The notes beneath the pieces are model-generated. The model searched no databases. It was given only the letters and a program-made list of their open reading frames with translations, and had not been told where the DNA came from. The position numbers and the translations under genes are program-made. DNA of 62,994 bases, counting the filler, from Globobulimina sp. (lineage: Eukaryota), in the NCBI GenBank assembly GCA_003354225.1. It is 43 parts of 43 records of this genome, joined end to end, with 100 filler letters (N's around TTAATTAATTAA, not from the genome) between each part and the next. Parts side by side here need not be neighbours in the genome. Positions count along the whole stretch, not along the records: positions 23,487 to 24,853 come from PIVH01017843.1; positions 24,954 to 26,320 come from PIVH01017844.1; positions 26,421 to 27,787 come from PIVH01017845.1; positions 27,888 to 29,254 come from PIVH01017846.1; positions 29,355 to 30,721 come from PIVH01017847.1; positions 30,822 to 32,188 come from PIVH01017848.1; positions 32,289 to 33,655 come from PIVH01017849.1; positions 33,756 to 35,122 come from PIVH01017850.1; 35 more parts are not named here. One strand, 5' to 3'. This document shows positions 24,351 through 35,222 of this stretch, piece after piece (position 1 is the stretch's first letter; each line of letters opens with the position of its first letter).

Positions 24351-24495
24351 GCTTAATAATACAAATAGCACTGAGATCACAGTGCTGAATGAAGGCAACT
24401 GGACGATGATGATTTAAAAACAGTGAACGAGCTATATTTCACTTTGAAAAACATCCGATTAATCCTGTTATCCGATTAACTTTTGCAACAACAAA

Positions 24496-24853
24496 ATGAG
24501 TGAACGTAGTTTTGGTTCAATAACAGTAACAACCGTGGATAAGGTTTTATTAATGCGTATGCATGGTGGCAATAAAAAACAAAGTGTATTTAATCCAGAA
24601 TTCGTTGAACAATTTAACAAAGCACTGGATTATGTTGAATCGTTGAGTTTGACTGTATTTGAATTAAATTAAATATAAATAATATTTTGCATAGTTTCCG
24701 TGGAGAAAGAAGCGTGGTTTTAACAGGAACCAATAAATTTTTCAGTGCTGGTTTAGACCTTAAATTTTTTGCTTCATCAAAAGATAAAATACTTATTTTA
24801 GTTCCGTTATTAACCAAAATATATAAACGATTGTTATTATTTAATATGCCAAC
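24496..24853 (+). CDS. Enoyl-CoA hydratase/delta-isomerase family; intron 24642-24694; 3' partial
   Basis: FNPEFVEQFNKALDYVES|F..SVVLTGTNKFFSAGLDL. Confidence 0.88.
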
Positions 24854-25002
24854 NNNNNNNNNNNNNNNNNNNNNNNNNNNNNNNNNNNNNNNNNNNNTTA
24901 ATTAATTAANNNNNNNNNNNNNNNNNNNNNNNNNNNNNNNNNNNNNNNNNNNNGTACATCGGTCCAAACATATCGTAGACCAGAATTAAAGCCACATTCT
25001 AA

Positions 25003-25320
25003 TCATTGCGGTCTTGTTAATGCGCAACTTTGCATAATTAAATGTTTTAAATAAATACGCCAAATTAAGGGAACATCCAATTGTTTCCATTCGAAGTCTT
25101 GTAATGCTCGCAAACAGCCAACATCGTCTCCTTTCGCAAATGATGATATATTTTTTACTAAAATGTCGCGTTCTGCCGGCAATACTGATTTTTTCTTGGC
25201 TCGCAATACAATATCTAATGCTTTCGCGATTGGTTCTTCATCCGACAATGCAATGGTGGTAAAATCTGGTGATAAAAAATATTTTGATTTCGAGTTGTGA
25301 AATTCTATGGTTGCTGCCAT
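25003..25320 (-). CDS. Hypothetical protein with a SAM-like segment; may read through a TGA
   Basis: 105-aa ORF with ATG; frame stays open after the TGA to the contig edge. Confidence 0.55.
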   Translation of the reverse strand: MAATIEFHNSKSKYFLSPDFTTIALSDEEPIAKALDIVLRAKKKSVLPAERDILVKNISSFAKGDDVGCLRALQDFEWKQLDVPLIWRIYLKHLIMQSCALTRPQ

Positions 25321-25455
25321 TTGAGGCTAGAAAAACTGTACAAGTGATGTTGGATTAAAAATGCAGTTCAGAAGAAGTCAAGTGTCAAAAGGTCTGACAT
25401 ATATTGAAAAACATCAATAGCTCATTAATTGTCATACAAATCAAAGTCATTTTTC

Positions 25456-26320
25456 TTATCTTGTCTGAATTATATCATCAACTTTCAATATCATTCTCAC
25501 AAATTCAGTGGCTAGGTTTATAGCCGATATATTGACTAATAATGGTTGAATAACATCATTTTCCCACATATTTGATACATCACCTTTTTTGATGTCAATT
25601 CCAAAATTTCTATTTGCATTCTCCTCATCGCATGCTTGGGCGTGAACTTTCCTTAATTTGGTTACAATTTTAATTGGATTCAAGCCCGCATTCTCAGCCA
25701 ATGTGTACGGTATTACTTCTAATGCATCAGCAAAAGCGCGGACGCAATACGACTGAGCCCCGCCCAAAGTCGCCGCATATTTGCATAACTGAACCGATAA
25801 TTGCGTCTCAGGCGCACCACCGCCGGCAATTAAAAACCTCTCCTTCACCAAAGAGCGCACCACACACAAAGCGTCGTGCAATGACCTTTCTGCTTCCTCC
25901 AACACCAAGTTATTACTGCCACGGATCAATACACTCACCGTCTTGCCCGGATTGGCCACGCCGGTGATTTCTACTATTCTCCCTCCGGAGGTATAAATCT
26001 CTTCTGCTAACACGGCGGAGCCCAATTTGTCTTCAGTTAAATGGTCGACAGAGGCCACTGGTTTGCAGCCTAAGCTCCGCGCAATGAACGACATCTCGTC
26101 TCTCTCGATGTCTTTGATCACCATTATGCCCTTTTTGGCCAAGTAATGCGAACCTAATATGTTCACTGCGTCGCGCAATATCGATTTCTGGATTAAGATC
26201 ACATTACATTTGCATTTTAAGATTTTTTTGATGATTTTTAAGATATATTTCTTCTCATCGCGGGCTATCCGATCAATTTCTTCCTGATTCCCGACCACTA
26301 ATACATTTTCCATCTATTTT
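25456..26320 (-). CDS. CCT4: T-complex protein 1 subunit delta, C-terminal part
   Basis: IQKSILRDAVN..HYL, IKDIERD, EAERSLHDALCVVR, GGGAPE, LAENAGL. Confidence 0.95.
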
Positions 26321-26506
26321 NNNNNNNNNNNNNNNNNNNNNNNNNNNNNNNNNNNNNNNNNNNNTTAATTAATTAANNNNNNNNNNNNNNNNNNNNNNNN
26401 NNNNNNNNNNNNNNNNNNNNTTTATGTCTTTGACTTCTTTTGCTCTCGTTCCTTGCAGCGTCCAGGCAGGCCGATGCTCGCATCTCGCGCGCTCAAGTCG
26501 AAAGGC

Positions 26507-27247
26507 TCAGGGTGCCGCAGTGGCGCCAGGCTGGCTAGTCTGCCCAAGCAGCCATGTCACGACGTATAACGCAATAAACATTTTAAATTTGATATACTTA
26601 TTAAATAATGCTTGCTCCAATTTAATGCCAATAATTAAGACAAAGTACCATTGGATCCAATCAGCATCGCACGATTCATGCATCTTAACATCATGACTCA
26701 AACAGGTCAGAAAATATGATATCATTATTGCTGATACAATGCACTCATAGATATTGGTCAAAACATTCTGTTTAATTGCATTCATATATTTTGTTAAACG
26801 ATAATATAGTCTCAATTCACGGCGTTGTTCCAATGATAAATTAATTTTCATGCCAAACCTGATAAATTTCAAAACACCCGAACATTGCGCTTGATATTGC
26901 ACCAGTTTTAGGATAATATGACGTTGTTGCTGTGTTAAATCAAAATCTGTTGTCGTGTGATAATATTCAAAACATAAACATTGTATTTCATGTGGTATAT
27001 TCAAATCTGTTTCCATTTGATGCAAATATCCAGATAATATGTACTGATTAAGTTCATACACAGTGTGGATTGATTTTTTGTGATCTTTTGATGTCCATTT
27101 TGGTTGCAACCATTTTAGTTTTTTAACGCCATGCAAAATATGTAATGTTTGGCACACTATTGACGATAATGTACTATTTACTGTTTGTCTCAGCAAGAAA
27201 ACAACCATCGATGTTAATGCAAATACTGAAAATACTGAAAATGGCAT
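26507..27247 (-). CDS. Hypothetical membrane protein; 3' end probably chimeric
   Basis: GYLHQME..NIPHEIQCLCFEYY motif plus TM helices; abrupt GC-rich end. Confidence 0.55.
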   Translation of the reverse strand: MPFSVFSVFALTSMVVFLLRQTVNSTLSSIVCQTLHILHGVKKLKWLQPKWTSKDHKKSIHTVYELNQYILSGYLHQMETDLNIPHEIQCLCFEYYHTTTDFDLTQQQRHIILKLVQYQAQCSGVLKFIRFGMKINLSLEQRRELRLYYRLTKYMNAIKQNVLTNIYECIVSAIMISYFLTCLSHDVKMHESCDADWIQWYFVLIIGIKLEQALFNKYIKFKMFIALYVVTWLLGQTSQPGATAAP

Positions 27248-27887
27248 AATGATAGAACAGTGAGTAGACCACTTCAGTTAAAAAAGTTTTTGAAGAAAAA
27301 AAAATGTCATTCTAAACTCCGCCTGTTGCAAATCCTCGCGTATACAAACTAATTTCTTTCGAATCAAATAATACAAAATAAAGGATTACAAAAAACAATG
27401 TAAAAAACACAATAAAACGCATCAGAAAACGCGTTATAAAACACCTATAAAACACATATCTAAATTCTAAAAACATCATAAAAAACATTCACAGCTAGTA
27501 TCGTATCACAACATCACACTTGAAAATGTCTATCTTTTTTATCAACTTTCATGCCCTTATTCTTATCCAACAATGTCACGGGATTATAATATTTCTCATT
27601 CCAAATATCATCGCCATGGTCGGGACTCATCGCATTCCCCCAATCATCATTGGTCAACACCACACTCGATGTAGTAATATGTTTCTTTTCCTTCTTCTTA
27701 AACCTTTTAATGTCATGTTTTGCCAATTTAACATCATTTTTATTCAACAACTTATTGTGCGATCCCATGTCTTTAATAATATCATATNNNNNNNNNNNNN
27801 NNNNNNNNNNNNNNNNNNNNNNNNNNNNNNNTTAATTAATTAANNNNNNNNNNNNNNNNNNNNNNNNNNNNNNNNNNNNNNNNNNNN

Positions 27888-29254
27888 GTCCAGACCAAAA
27901 ATACGTACCTAATCCGTACGTTGGCACGATACATTTACAGATATGTACTAAATGGGAAATACCATTGCAATGATGATGGATTGTTATATTATAAATACGG
28001 CGATGATAAATATGCGATTGTAATACCAAATGTATTGCGCAAATCAATAATGCATAATGCGCACGATATTGTGCATAATGGCAGCGGCAAAATGTACGGA
28101 TTAATACGAAATAACTATTGGTGGCCAGGGATGAAGGCCGAAATAACCAAATACTGCAAGACCTGCGATTCGTGTCAAGCAGTCAAACATACACAAAAAC
28201 AGAAGCGCGGGAAACTAAACTTATTCTCAGCAACGCGCCCATTCGAACAGATTAGTACCGACATCGTGGGACCATTACCAACCACCGACGACGGGTTTAA
28301 ATACATGGTAACCATAATAGATAAGTTCAGCCGCATGTGTATGATACAAGCGGTGAAGGAAACGGATACATTGACTATTATACGAGCGTTGGAGCAGTGG
28401 TATTGTACGTATGGACCGCCTGACGCCATATTGTCCGACAACGGTCCACAATTTCTATCAAAAATATACCAACACTATCAAAAATCAAATAAAACACATA
28501 CAAAATACATAACTGCGTACCACCCGGAGTGCAATGGACAGATTGAGAGACTGCATAGGTGGATAAAGGAGAGATTGGCGATGTTGGCATATGACTTAGG
28601 ATTGGAATTTGTTGTTGGCGCTGCGTACCAATGTGATAACTGGTCGCATTATCTACCAATAATCCAATATAAATATAATACAACGATGAATAGAATGACT
28701 GGCTATACGCCGTATAATGTGATATTTGGGATGGATACGCATGATATGAAACGGGTAAAATTCGACCCCAAATCACCGGAATCGTATAAAAAATACATGG
28801 CGGCTCGCGTCCATATGATACGCAATAAAGCCAATGAGCAGCAAAAGCAGTATGATAAAGTACGGAAACGTTATTATGATAAACGTTCCCGTGGTATACA
28901 AATAAGAAAGAATGACTTGATACGTTATGATGCATCGCAGAGTTGGAATAAAAGTGAAAAATCATTGATAGCGAACTATGTGGGCCCGTATAAGGTATTA
29001 AATACTTTGAATGATAATAAAACATTACATATACAGGATATCGATGGCCTATATGACCCATTCTGGACCGATATAATGTATTGTAAGCCGTATGTGACTG
29101 ACAATAGTCCAACGGCTGTGTTGTTGATGAATTGTATACGAAACATGGATAACATTGATAATGAATTGATGGATAACACTCTGAATGATATTGAATTGAA
29201 TGAATTGAATAAATCATTACGATATAACCGATTATTTTATGCATATGCATACCA
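27888..29254 (+). mobile_element. Ty3/Gypsy LTR retrotransposon integrase region
   Basis: H..H...YWWPGM...C..C zinc finger, DIVGPLP, IDKFSR, SDNGPQF, YHPECNGQIER, YVGPYKV (GPY/F). Confidence 0.96.
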
Positions 29255-29354
29255 NNNNNNNNNNNNNNNNNNNNNNNNNNNNNNNNNNNNNNNNNNNNTT
29301 AATTAATTAANNNNNNNNNNNNNNNNNNNNNNNNNNNNNNNNNNNNNNNNNNNN

Positions 29355-29700
29355 GATGAAAATTTAAATAGAAAAGAAAGAAATTTTGTGGTGATGCAAC
29401 ACCACCAAACGCAAACGGGCGAGATCCCCAGAACTAATTATTTGAAGGCAAAGAGGGCGAGATCTCCAGAACTATATCCAAGCAGATGGATTAAAATAAA
29501 CAATTTTAAAAAATAATTAGTTCTGGGGATCTCGCCCGTTTGCGTTTGGTGGTGTTGCATCACCACAAAATTTCTTTCTTTTCTATTTAAATTTTCATCC
29601 GTTTGGTGGTGGCCTATCACCACAAAATTCCTTCTTTTTCTATTCAAATTTTCGTCTGTTTGGTGGTGTGATATCACCACAAATCCGCCCTTTTCTATTC
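29355..29700. repeat. Perfect 89-bp inverted repeat (29355-29443 / 29511-29599) overlapping three 57-nt tandem units
   Basis: Direct comparison; each unit has a GGTGGTG..CACCAC hairpin. Confidence 0.9.
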
Positions 29701-29743
29701 TAACTCATACATTCCATAACATTCAACTCCATTCCACGATGTT

Positions 29744-29806
29744 TGGCTGTCGCCACAGGATTTGAACCTGTATCTTCTGGATGAATCCAGTGCTCTGCTT
29801 GAGCTT
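29744..29806 (-). pseudogene. tRNA-like relic or SINE head ending in CCA
   Basis: AGCTCAAGCAGAGC D-arm-like, CTGGA/TCCAG stem, ACAGG-TTCAAAT-CCTGT T-arm, then 7 nt + G + CCA; no 5' acceptor strand. Confidence 0.6.
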
Positions 29807-30128
29807 TTTATTAATCCACGCTCCTAGCATGCAACGCACTAAGTGTTCTTCGAAGTTTTAAAAACTAGGTATTAGAAAAAAGTTAGTTGACTACAGTCAA
29901 TTAGTCTTTTTTAAAACATTTTCTTGCAAAAAGCACATATGGTTATCGCATAATTTAGTGTGGATTATATTTTGGTGAAATTATCACAAAATCTCATAAA
30001 ATGAAAAAAAATAATGGTCTTAATGGAAAATCTGCTGTTGGAAATTAAGATGTGCAAAAGTTGATGGTGGGTCACGATGATTCATGTATGAGGTTTATGG
30101 AAGTTGCCATCTGCTGTCCGTGATCCAT

Positions 30129-30324
30129 ATTTAACTTTTTTGGCTTAGTTTCGTTTCATTTCAACGATTAGCAAAGTTTTGACCTAGTATTCGAAGTTGA
30201 CCTAGTATTCGATGACCTAGTAATCCCTGTATTCAAAGTTGAAAACCACTCTAGCTAACCCAAAAACCTTGTCAATCGTTGAAATGAAATGAAATGAAAC
30301 GAAACTAAGCCAAAAAAGTTAAAT
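30129..30324. mobile_element. Foldback/MITE-like element with about 40-bp inverted arms
   Basis: atttaacttttttggcttagtttcgtttcatttca...; internal GACCTAGTA x3. Confidence 0.7.
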
Positions 30325-30413
30325 GTTGTGCTAAATAAGCTTGCGTTAAAAGCCCGTAACTCGGCTCTAAATTGCACTAACCATATACCTAGGTCCAAAT
30401 TTAGGGATGACTC

Positions 30414-30568
30414 AAGAAAATCTTAATATCATGGTTCTCACCACATAGACGACAGTGCAAGGATAGATTTTTCCTGGATTCTAACATATGAAAGAAGAGA
30501 CAAATCTATGCAATAAGGGTAAAAATTTGTCGTCTACGAGGTGAGAACCATGATATTAAGATTTTCTT
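30414..30568. mobile_element. MITE with about 40-bp TIRs; second copy at 36481-36589
   Basis: aagaaaatcttaatatcatggttctcacc..tagacgaca inverted; the same sequence occurs reverse-complemented in another contig. Confidence 0.8.
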
Positions 30569-30975
30569 CAAGTGAGGAGTTGTTTCAAAAAAGATGCTAG
30601 TTCCTTACTTCCTTACTAAAAAAGAGATGCAAGAATCAGAAAGATCCCATGAGTTTTAATTTAAGTGGTTAGATAACCCGCTCCTTTGTATACATATCGA
30701 TCAATATAAAGTTTGCATTGGNNNNNNNNNNNNNNNNNNNNNNNNNNNNNNNNNNNNNNNNNNNNTTAATTAATTAANNNNNNNNNNNNNNNNNNNNNNN
30801 NNNNNNNNNNNNNNNNNNNNNTATCATTGCACTGTACTATCATCATAATAATCCAAAAATTAATTCCTTTTCCTTTCTATTCCAATCCAATCCATCCAAT
30901 CAAACCAATCCAATCCAACCAATCATATTTAATTAGTATAATTTGTAGTGATGTAACGTGGAAGATAAACAGACA

Positions 30976-31032
30976 AATCACCGTAGGATTCGAACCTACA
31001 TCCATTTGGTTTGTGATCCATTCAAACCAATG
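30976..31032 (-). pseudogene. tRNA-like 3' half (B box / T-arm) relic
   Basis: GTAGG-TTCGAAT-CCTAC preceded by a long hairpin. Confidence 0.5.
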
Positions 31033-31881
31033 GGAAGGAAAATAGGTTATAAATAAAATGTTAAAAACATTTTTTAACGCATGATGAAATATGAAATGTT
31101 AATTATAAGGTATATTATGCCCGGCCTAGTTTATTATGCTTACGGGCATGTTTTTTTAGAAATCTAAACGATTAAAGTAAAGTTTTCGTTTTTAACATTA
31201 CAGTATATGAAAAACCTTAAAATGTTCACTAAGAATCCAATCAATTCACTAGATGGGCGACTCTTTTAACATTACATTTTTAAGGCTCATTTTTTGCGGA
31301 ACAGAATTGTGGAGTTTTTTTACTTGTGAAACAGCAGTGTGGAGCAAAAAAAATAAATCCACAAAGCTTTTTTCCTTTTTTCATGTCAACATTAAATGCC
31401 TGACATTAAAAACATTATTGTCTCAATGTCGAGCTGCTCGAGCATGGTGCCAACATCAGTTCCGCAATTTGGTGCAGTTGAATCACCACGATTCAACACA
31501 GTGTTATACTTACCAACGCAAAGGGAACTGGGTCACCAACGGCAAAAGGACAATGAACAGAAGCGAAACTGTCTCACCAACGATAAAAGAACAGAGACAA
31601 CAACAAACACACACAAAAGGGACAGAAGAAGGCGTAGTCACAGCGTAGTCACAGCAGAAGGCAGAGAATGATGCAAAGCAAAGTGTTTTAGCTAACTCGA
31701 AAAATCATTTTGCTGAGCTGTATATATTATCCGCTTTGCGTTTCCTCACTTTAAAAACTGTTCCATAAACTCACTACATCTCACGTTGACATTTCCGCAA
31801 TGATTGTTCCATAAAACATAGCAAAAGCGCCACACTTCTGTTCCGCAAAAAATGTGCACATTTTTAACCTATTTTCCTTCC
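31033..31881. mobile_element. Nested inverted-repeat elements: outer 17-bp TIR; inner about 33-bp TIR at 31288-31854
   Basis: GGAAGGAAAATAGGTTA / TAACCTATTTTCCTTCC; CATTTTTTGCGGAACAGAA / TTCTGTTCCGCAAAAAATG. Confidence 0.65.
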
Positions 31882-32288
31882 GAACTAACAATTAGGATTT
31901 GTATGACATGATAATATAAGGCTAGAATTCAATTGAATTCAATGGAATTCAAAAATTCTTTCAACACATAATACACGTGACATAATAGCTATGATTATCA
32001 GGTATGTAAGAAACACCTTATTCCATAAATAAATTATGTTCCTGTTGTACATGATATTTAGAAACAAAAGCAAACACTACACGTTTTTTGGAATGATTGG
32101 TCTATAGATGCATCAACTTAGCTCGCAATATTAACTTTGAATAAAATTCCTTTGAGATGTGGGCACATCCAATAAATACGAAACTTTCNNNNNNNNNNNN
32201 NNNNNNNNNNNNNNNNNNNNNNNNNNNNNNNNTTAATTAATTAANNNNNNNNNNNNNNNNNNNNNNNNNNNNNNNNNNNNNNNNNNNN

Positions 32289-33559
32289 GCAACGCAGGAA
32301 AAATTGATCGCGGAAAATAAAAAACATCATCTTGTCCTGGACAGACAATCGAGCATTATTGACAATGATGAAAAAATCCTTGAGCTTGAAAATATTTATG
32401 ATTATCACAGTAAATATGATGAATATAGATCCGAAATTGCAAATAAAATGAATGAATTAAAGTTATTAAATTTCCAGAACTTGCAATTACAATTGGATAC
32501 TATGGATATTTTACAAAATAATAAAAAAAAGCACTATAAAGTGTTTTTGCATAAAATCATTCATTCAATGTCGAGGATTTTCTTTGATTGTGATATTATT
32601 TTAGGGGCGAAAGTGTTTGATAGTATGTTTATTTTATTTTATTTTCTATATAAATGTATAACTTTGACCTTGTATACACAGATAAACAAACCGACTATGA
32701 AACAGCTGAATATATTCCAGATAGTTTGGTACAGATTTTAAAAACGATACCTTTGACGCTATCAATTATTAAATTAACGGACATTTTATTAAAAACATCA
32801 AATAAAAATAATGTAAATGTACATGATTTAAACAGTTACATTCAAAATATAAATAATTTTCGTATATTATTAAATGCGAACGGTATGGATCGGTTTGAAT
32901 TTTATCAAACATTTGCAGTGAAAATGATCCATTCGGGTATTGTTAAAAAAACCAATATGGAGCGTACAATTAAATTAATTTCAAATATATTCTTATCAAT
33001 AATTGCTACAAATAATTATGGAGGTCGTTTATTGTCAGAAATATGTAACAATGATGTTATACAATTTATTGATTGCATTATTTTGGTCATCCAAAACCCA
33101 CCAATATTGAATCAGGTTCATATCAGTGGTTCGTTTAAAAAAAAACACAAAAAAAACTATAAAAATATAATTATGCACCAATTAAACCATAATAATGCAA
33201 CTAATGCCACCGCAGGAAATTCAGAAATACTCGATGACAATATATCATTTGCTTCGTTAATTAAAAATTATTATGATTTATACTCAAATAAATTGCAAAT
33301 TAAAAGTTTAAAAAAATTTGAAAAATATATTCGAAAAAAAAATATTTATCCAGAGTATGAATCAGAGAGTGATACAGATGCAGATCTTAGCGATGTCGAT
33401 TCGAATTCGAGCGACAGTGAGGATTATAACGATAACCATCACACTTTGCGTCAAATGCATGACAATGAGGGGGATGACGAAGAAATTAACTCTTTAATGA
33501 AATTTTTTAATGAGATATATTCAAAACCAGCCAAAGTTTTTGTAAAATGCATTGATTAA
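32289..33559 (+). CDS. Hypothetical protein, spliced (ORFs 32304-32741 and 32654-33559)
   Basis: Two overlapping frames with an AT-rich intron-like segment between them. Confidence 0.6.
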
Positions 33560-33755
33560 TATATATAATTAAAATATTTTTTTATTTTTTATTTTTTGTG
33601 TCGGTTTGTTTAGTTCGAAAACTTAATTATAAACGTTTCGGCTGTAAATATATTTNNNNNNNNNNNNNNNNNNNNNNNNNNNNNNNNNNNNNNNNNNNNT
33701 TAATTAATTAANNNNNNNNNNNNNNNNNNNNNNNNNNNNNNNNNNNNNNNNNNNN

Positions 33756-34530
33756 ATGATTAGAAATACCACAGCAATGGCATTTAAACCATGTGAAATC
33801 CAGACATATTCACCACATTCAATTCTTTGTAATAGAAATCCAATCAACCCGCAAAAACTCATTGCACAACCAACCAAATGTCCAGTCACCATTTTCTGTG
33901 AAAGCAAATCCGCATAAAATGAGCTAAGTGTAACCAAACCAAATGCAGCAACGAGTTGTAGTATTAAATGAATTTTAATGTTAAAATTATTTTGTGTCAA
34001 TTCAAAACAAACAAATGTAACCATTATAGACCATCCATATGAAGCCAAGCGGGTCAACAACATTTTTGCAGCTCCACCACCAATCGCGCAAAATTCAGAA
34101 ATGCTTCCAAGCGGATGTCGTTTATCAATTTGTTGTTGTAATGTTATATCCATTTTTATCCAACCATCAGGTGTACCGCTCACGGTTTTTATGTTATAAA
34201 TTGAAGGGAGGGGGGGGTACAAAATAAATACAAAATCTGCACGAAAAACACTTGAGTGATCACAACAAAAATTACATAACCGATAATATTTGCGATTGAT
34301 GCATCTGTGTATAATGACAATGGAATCATTATTGATGGGATAAGCAATGCAAACAATGTCTGATAGAATGCTGCACGTAATTCGTTGTCATGTTGTTTCT
34401 TCCAATCAACATTGTTTATTATATATACCGGACAGTGCATCCCCAATCCTGCATCCCCAACGAGTTTTCGCCAAAAACCTTTCATACTGATCAGTACTTG
34501 GTACAACTGCCTTCCCTACGCTTTCACCAT
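33756..34530 (-). CDS. Multi-pass membrane protein; frame change at the poly-G run near 34215
   Basis: Two consecutive hydrophobic ORFs. Confidence 0.5.
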
Positions 34531-34739
34531 GGCTTTTTTCGAAAAAGTCGATTGATCATGAGATAACGACTCCATGACGATTTGCATGGAACCGTGGTAG
34601 GGAATTATCAAAATTTGAAATGTTACAAAAATGAATTTTAAATATCGTAAACGATGAATATATCGTACTATGACAACACAAAACTCGATTTTTTCATTAT
34701 TTGCTGCAACCTATGGTCATGAATGCATATCGCATCATA

Positions 34740-35122
34740 GCATTTTTGCATTTTTCAATTTTCAAAAATATTTTCCAAAGTCATTGCATTTTTTTTTCCA
34801 AATATATTTTCAAGAGTCGTTGCATTTTTGCATTTTTTTTTTTCCAAATATATTTTCAAGAGTCGTTGCATTTCTGCATTTCTGCATTTCTGCATTTTTG
34901 CATTTTTTTTTTTCAAATATATTTCCATATGACCTGTGGAGAGATAAAGGCAAAAATAGGTAATATATATATGATCCATTTTTGCATTTTTGCTCAAGAG
35001 TCGTTGCATTTCTGCATTTTTGCATTTTTGCATTTTTTTTTTTTTTTAAGTTTATTTTTAAGAATCGTTGGATTTTTGCATTTTTTCATTTTTTTATTTT
35101 TTTTTTTTTTTTTATATTTTTT
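34740..35122. repeat. Low-complexity satellite: GCATTT(T/C)T units plus AAATATATTTTCAAGAGTCGTT blocks
   Basis: Visible tandem periodicity. Confidence 0.9.
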
Positions 35123-35222
35123 NNNNNNNNNNNNNNNNNNNNNNNNNNNNNNNNNNNNNNNNNNNNTTAATTAATTAANNNNNNNNNNNNNNNNNNNNNN
35201 NNNNNNNNNNNNNNNNNNNNNN

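Noticed and set aside
28378-29250. 290-aa antisense ORF
   Set aside because: Shadow of the Gypsy integrase with no recognisable motifs
34670-35174. Phe-rich and Lys-rich ORFs
   Set aside because: Translations of a GCATTTTT satellite
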